Notes: generated by a model from the sequence alone, not told the origin. A DNA stretch of 63,285 bases, filler included, from Octopus bimaculoides (GCF_001194135.2; 6 parts of 6 records of this genome joined end to end with filler, not necessarily neighbours in it); one strand, 5' to 3'. Numbered from the whole stretch's first letter, positions 11,650 to 24,146 are shown. A program made the numbers and translations.

Positions 11650-11720
11650 AATTACGCTGACGGTCAGGAAAATTGGAAGAAATCTTTTACGTTTCGAGCC
11701 TAGGCTCTTCTACAGAGAGG
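11650..11720 (-). ncRNA. Degenerate minimal type I hammerhead-like motif (Penelope terminal-repeat type)
   Basis: Minus strand reads CUGUAGA-A-GAGC[CUAG]GCUC-GAAAC-GU...CCGUC; same layout as 58609-58665; A6 is mutated to U. Confidence 0.45.
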
Positions 11721-11804
11721 ATAAATGAAGAAAGAAAAACACACGGAGAGAAAGAAAAAAAACACAATAAACGTGTCTGAATTAAATAAATGGTTACCGA
11801 TTAT

Positions 11805-12022
11805 AGATTGATAGACAGACAGACCGACCGACAGATAGATAAATAGAGATATACAGACGGACAGACAAAGAGATAGACAGATAAATAGATGGATAGATAA
11901 ACAGATAGATCGATAGATAAATAGATAGATAGATAGGTAGATAGATAGAGAGATAGATAGATAGATAGGTAGATAGATAGATAAATAGATAGATAGATAG
12001 ATAGGTAGATAGATAGATAGAC
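11805..12022. repeat. (GATA)n/(GACA)n tetranucleotide tract
   Basis: Directly visible. Confidence 0.95.
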
Positions 12023-12104
12023 GCATGGTTTATTCGGATATTATGCAGCGTTTCCAAGGTCTGTACGTTTCGTCGAAAGTACTGACGTCAATGGTATGAG
12101 CACA

Positions 12105-12137
<33 letters not shown>

Positions 12138-12669
12138 GTGTGTATACGTGTGTGTCTATTATATTTTACATTTAAAAAACCCTCTCACCACACACACACA
12201 CACACTTATATCTGCATTCAAAGATATAAAGATACACAGATAGATAGATAGATAGATAGATAGAGAGATAGATAGAGAGATAGATAGAGAGAAAGATAGA
12301 GAGATAGATTCGTACATACACACACACATATATATAAATATTTACACGGACAATTACAGATACAGATAGAAACACATACAGAATAGAGGCAACGAAAAGA
12401 GCAGAATAATCCATGCATTAGCTTAGGTCTAAGCCAACTTGATGTTTTTCGCTATCCTGCAGATTTTTCCACTTGCGTGATTAATGGCATTATTGACTGG
12501 AGAACACACTGTCACGTCAACGGTTTCGAATCAATGAAGCAAGGAAAACTGTAGCATACAACTGGTTTCCGTTGACTGACTACGCTAGTCATGTGTTGAC
12601 GTGTCGAAATACTTTCGCAAATGAAGAGATGCACATGTACAGTAACAGATCGGTATATGGGTATCATTT

Positions 12670-12795
12670 TTATGTATGTATGTATATATATATATATGTA
12701 TATATACATGTGTATATATAATATATATGTACATATATATCATATATATATATGTATGTATATATACATATGTATTATATATATAAATATATATA

Positions 12796-12835
<40 letters not shown>

Positions 12836-12922
12836 CACACACGTATATATATATATATATATATACATATATTCATACACATACATGCATACACACACAT
12901 AAACACACACACACACAAACAA

Positions 12923-12955
<33 letters not shown>

Positions 12956-12986
12956 CAGATACACACATATACATATATATATATGT

Positions 12987-13022
<36 letters not shown>

Positions 13023-13160
13023 CATACACACATATATGTATATGCATATATATAAATATACCTACATACATGTACATACATACAGACTTACACACACACA
13101 CACATACATATATATGTATGCAAATATGTATGTATATATGTATACATATGTGCACAGCTG
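12670..13160. repeat. Long compound (TA)n/(CA)n low-complexity tract
   Basis: Directly visible; source of the YI/HT/CV ORFs in the track. Confidence 0.95.
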
Positions 13161-13293
13161 TGTGAAACTATGCGTATATTCACTAGCTTCCACTGAATTC
13201 ACTTACGTCTGTATGTGTCTGTCTGTATCTGTGTCTACATATATGGGCATGTATGTGTAGTCACATGCGCGCGAGTACATCTATACGTTTGAC

Positions 13294-13351
<58 letters not shown>

Positions 13352-14009
13352 CGTGAAGAAACTCTCATACACACAAACACGCACATATACATTATTTAAT
13401 GAACGCCGGTAAATACGGACAAAGGCATTTCTTGAATAATACCATCTATTCACTCAAACGACCATAGTAGATAAGTATTTATACATTGATTATATTGTAT
13501 TTTTTTTTTGTTTTCTTTTTTGTTACTTCAATTATATTCAAAAGTTAGTGTAATGACAGATTCACTAGAATGCAAGAATATTGACATTACATTATCTTAG
13601 TAAGGTCCTGATAGGTTTTGAGTTCGATCCTCAAGAAGAGTTACCTCAAACATTCATCTTCCAAACGTGGCGGAACACTTTACTTGTATCAAGGCCAACA
13701 GCAGTGTGCTCCCAATCGATGAAAATTTATGGCAATGTAAGAAATCGATATTCAGAAAACTTGTATACATGAATACACACACAGAGCTATATCGATTTCT
13801 AACACAGAACGCCAAGCGATTTATATTGTGGGGTGGTACAGTTGATTAAATGGACACAGAGCTTGTAATATTTTATCGAACTCAGCGCAATGTAATGCAA
13901 ATTCACCCCCTGCGGGATTTCAACTCAGAATGTAAAGGTATGTAACGAAATATCGCAAGACATTTGACGCGATGCCTTACTGATTCGGACGCATTATCAC
14001 ACTCACATA

Positions 14010-14229
14010 CGAGAGGGCGCTGAAAAAGATCCAGGCTTTAAGGGTATAGCGAAAGGCCTGATTTGGAGGCCTTATCTTCCGAGTTGTTCTACAGGGCTTT
14101 GAAAGACTGAAGGACCAATAAGTGTGTGAATTTGAGAAGGGAAATATGTTGAATAAAGTCACACTTAATTGAATCTTCTCATATTTTCTGCTACTCAAAA
14201 CCAGGAACTTTTCAGCACCCCCTCCCTCG
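14010..14229 (+). mobile_element. Mariner-derived MITE (220 bp)
   Basis: TA-flanked; TIRs cgagagggcgctgaaaaagatccaggcttt vs rc cgagggagggtgctgaaaagttcctggtttt; interior keeps a transposase C-terminal remnant (KCVNLR-GKYVE*). Confidence 0.75.
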
Positions 14230-14239
14230 TATGTACATG

Positions 14240-14326
<87 letters not shown>

Positions 14327-14344
14327 TTATGTCAGCTTTTACAT

Positions 14345-14715
14345 TTCACCTGTTGCAGTTATTGGACTGCAGCTATGCTGTGGCACCGCCTTGAAAGCTT
14401 TTATTTAGTTTCTATAATCGAACAGATCAACTCCATTTCTTATTTTCGTATTAAAGTCTTGTAATTATTCTATCGGCTTCACTTTTCCAACGGCTATGTT
14501 GCGGGGATGTTAATTAACCAACACAGGTTTCAAGCAGTGGGAGTGACAAACACAGACACAAACACACACACATATATACAACGGGCTTCCATGCAATTTC
14601 TGTCTACTAAATTCACTCACAAGGCATTGGTCCGTTTGGGGTTATACTAGAAGACACTTACTCAAGAGGGGCTGAAGACGAACCATCGTAGTTTCAAAGC
14701 GAGTTTCTTAACCAG
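14345..14715 (-). mobile_element. SINE-A, old diverged copy
   Basis: gttattggactgcagctatgctgtggcaccgcc...caaacacagacaca...ctactaaattcactcacaagg...agaagacactt. Confidence 0.7.
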
Positions 14716-15073
14716 AAAGTTATACCTGGGTTTCACTCTCCTGACCCCGCCATGCTAGTTTACCTGGTTCAATTGTTTGTTTGATCGTATCGAATACACT
14801 GCTATCTGTTTTATTTACTGCTGTTAAGTTTTGGGACATAATGTAACAAAATAAATAGTGCTACCTGAAATCGTTGCAAACGTAAATATAGATAGGGACG
14901 TATAAGCATATCGAACCTTACACAATTGAATATTTTAAACTAGATGGAAAGTACCGTTCTGAAGACCTCATCGTAGATAAGTAACCCATCACGATCCTTT
15001 CGTTTTTGTCATAGATACCGTATCTGGGGAACTATAATATTTTCAAAACCCTATAACTTCTCTAGGTCATGTA

Positions 15074-15146
<73 letters not shown>

Positions 15147-15177
15147 GAGAGAAAGAAAAAAATTTAAATTCATCTCA

Positions 15178-15228
<51 letters not shown>

Positions 15229-15347
15229 ATATATATATATATATATCTGTCTATCTATGTATCGGTCAGCCTGCCTGTCAGTCTCTCTGTTTGTCTGTCT
15301 GCTTGTCCATCTGTCCGTCCGTCCGTTTTCCTGTCTGTTTGGCTGTC

Positions 15348-15379
<32 letters not shown>

Positions 15380-15494
15380 TGTGTTTTTCAGTAGCAAGTG
15401 AATCTCTTGCGTATACAAATAGATTGCATATACAAACACATTGGCGTATACAAATAGATTGTTTCTCTGGGATTGGTCAAATTGATACATCCAT

Positions 15495-15527
15495 CTGATG
15501 AGAACCCAATGAAGTTCGAAAATCGAT
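15495..15527 (+). ncRNA. Hammerhead catalytic-core-like motif
   Basis: CUGAUGA-GAAC[ccaaugaa]GUUC-GAAA is an exact core with G10.1-C11.1, but stems I and III are poorly supported. Confidence 0.3.
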
Positions 15528-15623
15528 GAAGGCTGTTCATAATTTTGTGACAATCGAGAGAGATTTGTTTATATTTGCCCTGTTTATATATCTACTACAT
15601 AAGGTTATATATATATATGTATA

Positions 15624-16013
15624 TCTTTTATTTGTTTCGGTCATTTGATTGCGGCCATGCTGGAGCACTGCCTTTAGTCGAGCAAATCGACCCCAGGCCT
15701 TATTCTTTGTAAGCCTAGTACTTATTCTATCGGTGTTTTTTTGCCGAACCGCTAGTTTACGAGGACGTAAACGCACCAGCATCGGTTGTCAAGCGATGTT
15801 GGGGGGGGGGACAAACACAGACACACAAACACACACACACACACACACTTATATATACATATATACATATATATATACAACGGGCTTCTTTCAGTTTCCG
15901 TCTACCAAATCCACTCACATGGCTTTGGTCGGCCCGAGGCTACAGTAGAAGACACTTGTCCAAGGTGCCACGCAGTGGGACAGAACCCAGAACCATGTGG
16001 TTCGTAAGCAAGC
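15624..16013 (-). mobile_element. SINE-A, near full length, head truncated at a palindrome
   Basis: Right arm, (CA)n(TA)n and left arm, ending at gttcgtaagcaagc. Confidence 0.9.
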
Positions 16014-16177
16014 TGACAATTATTCAGTAACCATGATAAAACACCGAGTTTCGGATGTTGGGGCGGAAATCCACGCCGGCAATGGTCATTTTTATAGTAT
16101 TTTATTCGATGGCCCGATGGGTTTCCGCCCAGACATCCGAAACTCGGAGTTTTATCATGGCTACCGAATAATTGTCA
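16014..16177. mobile_element. 164-bp palindromic MITE-like element
   Basis: 60-bp arms (16014-16073 and 16118-16177) match at 54/60; 44-nt spacer; TG...CA ends. Confidence 0.7.
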
Positions 16178-16531
16178 CATATTATATTTACAGATAAATT
16201 CCTCTATTTACATAATATCGAAGTCTCTTTCATTCTTTTGTTGTCTTGCTATTTCTATCAATATATATATATATAAAACCTTATGTAGTAGACGCACTTG
16301 GTGCGCGACTGCTTACTAGGTTTAGGTTTCTATGTACCAACTGAAGTCACGATCCTTGATCGAACTAATCGATTATGATTTATAGTTTATAATTATTCAT
16401 TGATCTTGATTACCCATCGTAATGGATACGAAATAAGCGAAATTCCAACAACTTACTTCCTGTTATTCTTCTATATTATGTATGTATGTATGTATGTATG
16501 TATGTATGTATGTATGTATGTATGTATGTAT

Positions 16532-16594
<63 letters not shown>

Positions 16595-17294
16595 ATTTCT
16601 CCATTAGATATTAGAAACATTTCTTCTTGAAAGGTATAGCTATATTGTTTATTTTTTAATTTTTTATTTTATCCTGTTTCAGTTTCAGTTTTGTGAATGA
16701 GGCTTTGTTCATCGGAACAAATAACTTACCACTATATTTAAAGTCCAAGTTGGCCGTGAGATACAGCGAACGTTCTTGAAATCTAAGGAAATAGCAGAAA
16801 GCAGTAGCTAAATAAATATCATTTTATTCTATACCATATATTACGTATTTTTTCTTCTCTTGTTCACTATAAACAACGTGTATTTGTGTATGTGTGTGTG
16901 TGTGTTTGAATGTGTGTAGGTGAGTGAGTGTGCGTATATGTATGTAATATCGAGCAAAATATCGACCGCTAGATGAAAGAGTTTCTTCTGTACAAACGAT
17001 ATTTCATGTAAATGGTGTATGGATTTCAATGGCGGCATATATATATATATGTTCATTAAAACTTTACACTTTGATATTTACACTTCGTTTAAAGAAGAAA
17101 ATTGAAAGAGTAATTTCTTACTAATGGTTATCCAAGAACATTCTCGTATGAAGGCTTAGAATTTATTGTAACAACCCCAATACATGTCTGCTATTTATTT
17201 TATCGTGCTCCGAGTTGATATCATTCATAGATTACCCTAGAAAAATATTTAACTAGGAATAAAGTGGTGATTAAGTTAGAAACTAGCATAATTA

Positions 17295-17490
17295 CCGTAT
17301 TTGATGGCATATATGACGCAATATCTTCACTCCTAAATGTTAAAAAAAAAAAGCAAAAAGAAAATATAATAATACATGAGTCCTACATGCAAAGTTGGGC
17401 CTCCCATAAGCTTAAGTGAAATAAAGATTTATTTTCCTGAATAAGCGACGCTGAAATGGAGGGGCGTCTTAAATGCCAGGTCGTCTTGGT
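17295..17490. mobile_element. Possible pogo/Tc2-type MITE relic
   Basis: TA-ccgtatttgatggcatatatgacgca start and an internal ggggcgtcttaaatgcc; no clear right end. Confidence 0.25.
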
Positions 17491-18862
17491 TATTAAGTGC
17501 GAATCAGATACGTTCCGATACTAATGTGCCTCTTCAGGTGAGCACAACCTCTAATGTATCTATTCAATCAGTAATAAGAGAATCGATATGTCGGTGTAAT
17601 AAGAGAATCTCGATATATCTTACGCGTTATCGTTTATGCTACATAAGCACTACCACCTTAATATAATTTCTTGTAATTAACACTCGGATGAATAGATTAT
17701 GAAGAAAGGTCATTATTCGAATTACATATCTTTGTATTTATGGATACACTGGAAGGATGAAAGATGAATGGTAAAGTAAAATGGCGGAATTCTTACAAGA
17801 AACGTAAAGGTACGTAACTAAAACGGCAAAGAATGACGTCCGTTGTTGTTCAATCCTTCGCATCCATCACTCTTTTCCCAGTTTTTATCGAGCCATTAAA
17901 TTGCAGGATCCATAGCGCTAAGGATAAACAGCCGTCGTCTCGGAGCGAGAATATATGTCATGAATGTCCGTCAATAACGTTATTTATGTCCACGAGAAAC
18001 TTATAAATAAGAATGTAACAAACTGGCTCTCCGTATAGCTTATGTCTTTATAACTAGTTAAAAAGCAGCCACCAATATCGATTTCCTACAAAGTTATACA
18101 AAACAAAATAAAAACAACAGAAAAAAGAAACTTATCAGGAAATAAGTAAAAAAAAAAAAATTTTAAGAAGATAAATAATCCCATTTATTATTATTATCAT
18201 CTGACAAAGCTAAGTAGAATGGAATTGAATTAGGAAGTCAATTCGTTAGTCTTAAAGATTAATCGACACAAAAAACCAAAGCCTATCTCGACCGAATTTG
18301 TGAAAAGCAAATAAAGAAAAAGGAAATATAAAACAACTATGAAATATGGAAGTGATTTGATGAAACAATTGTTTACACAGCTTCTGGTAGCCGAGCATTA
18401 GTCAAAAATGAATACACAGATAACATAGACCTGATATCGCTTGTGCATTGGAGTTGTATAGATTCTCAGTCGTCTTTTTTGATAAAGTCTTTTCATCAGA
18501 AAATGACTAGGAAATAATTTGGCCTTTATATATTTTCATCAGATAATGAGTAGTACACAATTTGGCCTCAATATATCAGTAGCAAGTCTACTTCAGAATT
18601 GCGAAGCATTGAAATTGAAATCTCACGCACGATGTATTTCCACAAACTTTTCTATACATAACAAAAACACCTTCGCACACAAATAGCATTTTAAATTAGC
18701 AATAAATTTGTAGAGAATATTGATTTTACAAAACAAATAATCAACCAGTCAAACTATTAAATTAGTCAGTAGAGTATTTCATATTACCAAAGAATTATAA
18801 ATCCAGTCAGTTGAATTTCTTAAAAAAAAACAAACATATTCCACTAGATCTTTTGCCTTTTA

Positions 18863-19748
18863 CATGGTGTTCGGGTTTAAATTTGACGACTTTTTTATGT
18901 CTCCTTTTTTCAAGAACAGCTTAACGGATTGGCGAACTGTCAATGGCGTTGGAGAGTATACAGATCAAAGTTGTAGCTAAGAAAAAGTTAGCTGACATGG
19001 AAGACAGGAAGCTATCTGAATATTGGAAAAGAGTTACCTGTATCATGATGATTCGCACCGGGTATCAAAATGCCGACATCATGACTGATGCTCAATGCTC
19101 TGTGAATATTAAAGACTTTAAGACGTGACACAGATAGCTGCAACAGAGACTACGAAGGTGAGGCCTGCAGGAACTGTGATGGCCTTTGGGTGTGTCCCCA
19201 GTGAGGGTGACTCCTTGTCTTCCCAGAACAAGGTCTTAGGCTCAATTCAGACAGTTATATGAAGCTGCAGGAGACCGTGGTTAAATCCTGGCGGGAGAGG
19301 GTTGCTACTGGAAGGCCACATATATGGTAGCAAGATTCGGCTCCTTGCATACCTCCGGAAAGGGTCAGAAGTGGTCGTTAGAGAATTTCTATGACTTCGA
19401 TTGCTGCAATTTCTGGCCATCCTAATTCCCCCGATTGTAATCCTATGGATTACTGAGTGTCGCGCGGTGGAGACACTAACTGTTCTGCTTGCAACACCAA
19501 GGCCGAACTGGTGGCCAAGATCTAAGAGGCATTTGAAAATCTTCCAGGGAAAGAGTAAGGAGCACATGCACCAGGTTCCGATGCTGCGCTCAGGCCGTCG
19601 TTGAAGTTGAGGACGACTATTTTGAATAAACGGTCTCCCTGCCAAAATCTAGTTGATATTATTTGACTTTTTATAATACTTTTATTTTGGGATGGGATAA
19701 TGTATTTATTTTACCTTTTATGCTGTCAAATTTAGCCAGAACACCCTA
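18863..19748 (+). mobile_element. Internally deleted DD37D (maT-type) Tc1/mariner element
   Basis: TA-flanked degenerate TIRs (catggtgttcgggtttaaatttgac / rc tagggtgttctggctaaatttgac). Frameshifted transposase: MEDRKLSEYWKR..., TVMAFGCVPSEGD, W*QDSAPCHTS, WPPNSPDCNPMDY, ...DYFE*. 37 residues lie between D2 and D3 after frameshift repair. Confidence 0.85.
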
Positions 19749-19750
19749 TA

Positions 19751-19872
19751 ATTGTTTCAGGCAATAGACTGCGGCCATGCTGGGGTATCTACTTGAAAGA
19801 TTTAGTCGATTCCAGTACTTATTTTTCAAGACTGGTACTTATTCTATCAAACTCTTTTGCCGAACCGCTAAC
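19751..19872 (-). mobile_element. SINE-A 3' fragment
   Basis: gactgcggccatgctgg...ggtacttattctatc...ttttgccgaaccgctaa. Confidence 0.7.
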
Positions 19873-19984
19873 ACACATGCGGAGCGGGGGTCGACAATAA
19901 TCATAATCTCAGTGATGCAGGTGTCGCATATCAAAATTAACTAAATGAACTGAAAGAAAAGATTGGAGTTGTGGTCATCACGAG

Positions 19985-20195
19985 AGCTGGATTAGTAAAG
20001 TCGTTGCAACATCGGATGGGATGTCCAAGGGAATTTCTCCGGCTGTTTACATTTTGGGTTCAAATAGCACCGAGGCCAATTTTACCTTCCATCCCTCTGC
20101 GGTCGTTAAAATAACGTTCCAGCCGAGTACTAGATTAGATGGCATCAACTGAATTACTCTGCTCAAAATTACTAGACTTGTTCCTAAATTAGAAC
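19985..20195 (+). mobile_element. SINE-B, highly diverged
   Basis: gggttcaaatagcaccgaggccaattttaccttccatccctctgcggtcgttaaaataa. Confidence 0.5.
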
Positions 20196-21124
20196 TAAGT
20201 TTTCACAGGATTTACTCATTCGGCCATACGAAGCTGTACTAACTAACATTGTAGTCATTAGAAGTCGACCACAGTTGCATAATATCTTGTCAAAACAAAG
20301 TTCTACACAATCGTTGGGTTAAAAAAAACTCTTCAGTAGTCATTAGTTTCTGGTCCTCTTAAAAGCTCAGTTGTACTGAGTTACCGGTGCTACACTCTGT
20401 GCAAATTATTCAAGCGAGACACTGGATTGTCTAGTTTGCTTAAAATCTGAGGGCGTCTCACAAACTCTGAGCAACTTAGCTGATATATCTTAATCAGACT
20501 AAAAAGATAAAATAAATAAAAGTGAAAAACTTAGAAACAAATAGAACATATGAGGTCCCTCCCAGAGTAGGGGTGGACGAAGAACAGGTGTGAGGTGGAG
20601 TGGAGAGGATGAGAGGTTCATGCGGTGGTAGTTTCATGACTTGTCATGTAATTAGATGTGTAATTAGATTTTAGAAGATATCAAATTATTAGATGTTGCA
20701 CATGTCCATGAACTATAGATCTCTTGTTCGGGAGTGAGTTGTAATTTTTAAATTTCCTTTTTCAGTTGATATAAACAGTATGATGGTTGTAGAGAAAAAT
20801 TGGAAGAAAAAAGAATGGAGAAGAGACAGACACTGTCTATGCAGTTCAGGGAGCCGAATATCTTAGTCTAGCAGACTGAATGTAATCTACATCTGATGTG
20901 CTAATTCTCACACTCACAAGCAACATAAATTACATTAAAAACCGAACATAGAGACAATACAACTAATTTGCAAAGATTCACTTACAAATGCGCTAAAACT
21001 GATTTTGTATTTTTTTTTATTAACACACAACAACTGGAGTACAATATATCAGGCACGAACGCTGAAGTTTGGGGAAGTTGTGTTGCTCATGCCTTTTCCA
21101 ACTGTATTGGTGATGCAAATAAAG

Positions 21125-21520
21125 AGGCCCATGTGTGACTGTGTGGTAAGAAGTCTACTTCTCAACCACATGGTTCTAGGTTCAATCTCACTGTTTGGGA
21201 CCTTGGGTAAATGTCTCCTACTATAGCCTCGGGCCGACGAAAGCCTTGTGAGTAGATTTGGCAGACAGGAATTGAAAGAAGCCTGTCGTGTGTGTGTGCG
21301 TGCGTGCGTGCGTGCGTGCGTGTCTACCATCGCTTGACAATAAGTATTGACTTCTTTATGTCCCCGCAACTTAGCAGTTCGGTAAAAGTATCCTACAGAA
21401 TGAGTACCAGACTTTAAAAAAATGCACTAGGGTAGTTTCGTTCGTCTAATAACTCTTGCAGGCGGTGCCCCAGTATGACCGCAGTCTAATGGCTGAAATA
21501 ATTAAAAAATAAAAAGTTAA
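21125..21520 (+). mobile_element. SINE-A, diverged full-length copy
   Basis: Head, CORE-like segment, internal (TG)n/(TGCG)n and right arm. Confidence 0.8.
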
Positions 21521-21537
21521 ATAGTAACAGCAAAAAA

Positions 21538-21909
21538 TGCTTTCAAATTTTGGTACAAGGCCAGCAATTTGGGGAAGGCAGAAGTAAGTCGATTACATCA
21601 ATTCCAATATCTAACTGGTACTTATTTTATCGACCCGATAGAATGAAAGGTAAAGTCGACTTCGGCGGAATTTGAACTCACCGCCTTCATATTCTTTTCT
21701 ACTCTAGGCACAAGGCTCCGAATTTTTGGGAAGAGAGCCAGTCAATTAGATCGACCCCAGTACGCAACTGGTACTTAATTTATCGACCCCGAAAGGATGA
21801 AAAGCAAAATCAACCTCGGCGGAATTTGAACTCACAGCGTAAAGACGGACGAAATACCGCCAAACATTTTGTCCGGCGTGCTAACGATTCCGCCATTTCG
21901 CCGCCTTCA
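21538..21909 (-). mobile_element. Tandem SINE-B (full unit + tail b, then head-deleted unit + tail c)
   Basis: Both units start tgaaggcgg on the minus strand; the second jumps from ggcggtgag directly to the B-box. Confidence 0.8.
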
Positions 21910-21950
21910 CAGTCATGCTAACGAATGGAAAACAATTCAACGACTCAAGT

Positions 21951-22020
21951 TCGGCTATGCTCGGCTATGCTCGGTTAAGCTCGACTAAATTCGGCCATGC
22001 TCGGATAGATTCGGTAAGCT
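21951..22020. repeat. Degenerate 10-bp tandem repeat x7
   Basis: tcggctatgc, tcggctatgc, tcggttaagc, tcgactaaat, tcggccatgc, tcggatagat, tcggtaagct. Confidence 0.85.
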
Positions 22021-22588
22021 AGGAAGATATATTTTCTAACTCTCTACGGTGCTTGTCACAAAAAATAAATAAATAAATAAATAAACGAGAAAGAAAAAAA
22101 AAAAAAACAGCACAAGAACGAAAAAAAAAAGAAATAAACAAAGATAAAAATATACATATATATATATATATAAAAAGGATCGGGAAGAAATAAATGAAGA
22201 ATAAATAAAAGAAAAGAGCAAGCCATTCTGGGTGGTTCTTCTAAAGTGCACAGCCAATATATTTATATTGTCGCTGTTTTTTTTTATCTTTTTTTGTTTC
22301 GCGTTACATACATAGTAAACAAATATTCTTTTACAGTTTTTTTTCTCTCTCTCTTCAGTGTAACATTCCGCCGAGGCCATTTAATCCGTCGTTGAGTGTA
22401 CGGGTGCGTTTCTTGAAAGCTATCAACTCTCACTGGAGGCTGTACACGTGTGTTGCATGTGATACCAATCACACTAGACAGTTCCCTGGTGGTAGCAAGC
22501 AGTTGATTAGTTGATTTCTCGACACTTTCTTTTCGGTTCATTATCCAGGTTCAATTAGAAATATTTATTAATGGTTTACATATGCTTA

Positions 22589-22649
<61 letters not shown>

Positions 22650-22714
22650 CCTACCTACCTATCTATCTACCTACCTACCTACCTACCTACCTACCTATCT
22701 ATCTATCTATCTTC

Positions 22715-22749
<35 letters not shown>

Positions 22750-22750
22750 A
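22589..22750. repeat. (TCTA)n/(CCTA)n tract
   Basis: Directly visible; a similar tract lies at about 23408-23575. Confidence 0.95.
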
Positions 22751-23418
22751 ATGGGTAAATGTGGCAAGAATGGTAAGAATGAAAGACGACACCATTTTAA
22801 GCATAGACTTGTAACAAAAAGAGACAAAAAGAGAGAAGGTACTTACTTTCANNNNNNNNNNNNNNNNNNNNNNNNNNNNNNNNNNNNNNNNNNNNNNNNN
22901 NNNNNNNNNNNNNNNNNNNNNNNNNNNNNNNNNNNNNNNNNNNNNNNNNNNNNNNNNNNNNNNNNNNNNNNNNNNNNNNNNNNNNNNNNNNNNNNNNNNN
23001 NNNNNNNNNNNNNNNNNNNNNNNNNNNNNNNNNNNNNNNNNNNNNNNNNNNNNNNNNNNNNNNNNNNNNNNNNNNNNNNNNNNNNNNNNNNNNNNNNNNN
23101 NNNNNNNNNNNNNNNNNNNNNNNNNNNNNNNNNNNNNNNNNNNNNNNNNNNNNNNNNNNNNNNNNNNNNNNNNNNNNNNNNNNNNNNNNNNNNNNNNNNN
23201 NNNNNNNNNNNNNNNNNNNNNNNNNNNNNNNNNNNNNNNNNNNNNNNNNNNNNNNNNNNNNNNNNNNNNNNNNNNNNNNNNNNNNNNNNNNNNNNNNNNN
23301 NNNNNNNNNNNNNNNNNNNNNNNNNNCCTTCCCCCTCCCAAAAAGAAAAGCTCTACATTGTATTTGTCCCATCTTCGTTGAGCCCTGTGTGGCTAATAAA
23401 AGAAATGTATCTATCTTC

Positions 23419-23473
<55 letters not shown>

Positions 23474-23519
23474 GCTATCTATCTATCTATCTACTTACCT
23501 ACCTACCTACCTATCCATA

Positions 23520-23575
<56 letters not shown>

Positions 23576-23820
23576 AGTTTCTCTCTGTACACGCGCGCAC
23601 GCACACATATGCCCACATACACATAAATCGTAGTTGGTAAGTTTAAGAAGAAATATATTTAGTCGCGCTTTGAAAGTATAACCTCTGGATATGTCATAGG
23701 ATTTTCGGTCGACAGAAGCGAGGCTGGAACCGACTGATTGTAAATGATTTCCTACTTCATTTTTTATATTTTTTCTTCATCATTCTGTTGTCTACCGTAT
23801 TCGTTCGATAATTTCTGTAG

Positions 23821-23926
23821 CAGTCATAGGCAAACTACGGCCCATGGGATTTTCGGAAAAGCACGTCTAGCAAAAATTCTTATAATCTCATACGACGCGC
23901 TTCTGGAAAAAGGGTGCCGAAGCCTG
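23821..23926. mobile_element. Short hAT-type MITE (106 bp)
   Basis: Start cagtcataggcaaactacggccc; end gggtgccgaagcctg; 8-bp TSD ttctgtag / ttctatag. Confidence 0.65.
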
Positions 23927-23966
23927 TTCTATAGTTTTGACTGCCACCAATAATTGAGTAACAATA

Positions 23967-24146
23967 AAGCAGAGAGCTGGTAAAATCGTTTGCACGCCGG
24001 ACAAAATGTTTAGCGGCATTTCATCCGTCTACGTTCTGAAAAAATTCCGCCGAGGTCAACTTTATCTTTCGTACTTACGGAATCGATGAAATATGTGCCA
24101 GTTGAGCACTGGGGTCTGCTGGTCATGTGCCAAAATTTGAAACCAA
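23967..24146 (+). mobile_element. SINE-B (tail c, internal deletion)
   Basis: gagagctggtaaaatcgtttgcacgccggacaaaatg...aattccgccgaggtcaac...gtgccaaaatttgaaacc. Confidence 0.75.

Noticed and set aside
22284-22541. Unique CpG-containing segment with an 85-aa ORF and acceptor-like tracts
   Set aside because: No recognisable homology and no consistent splice pair; could be UTR or non-coding exon but is unsupported.
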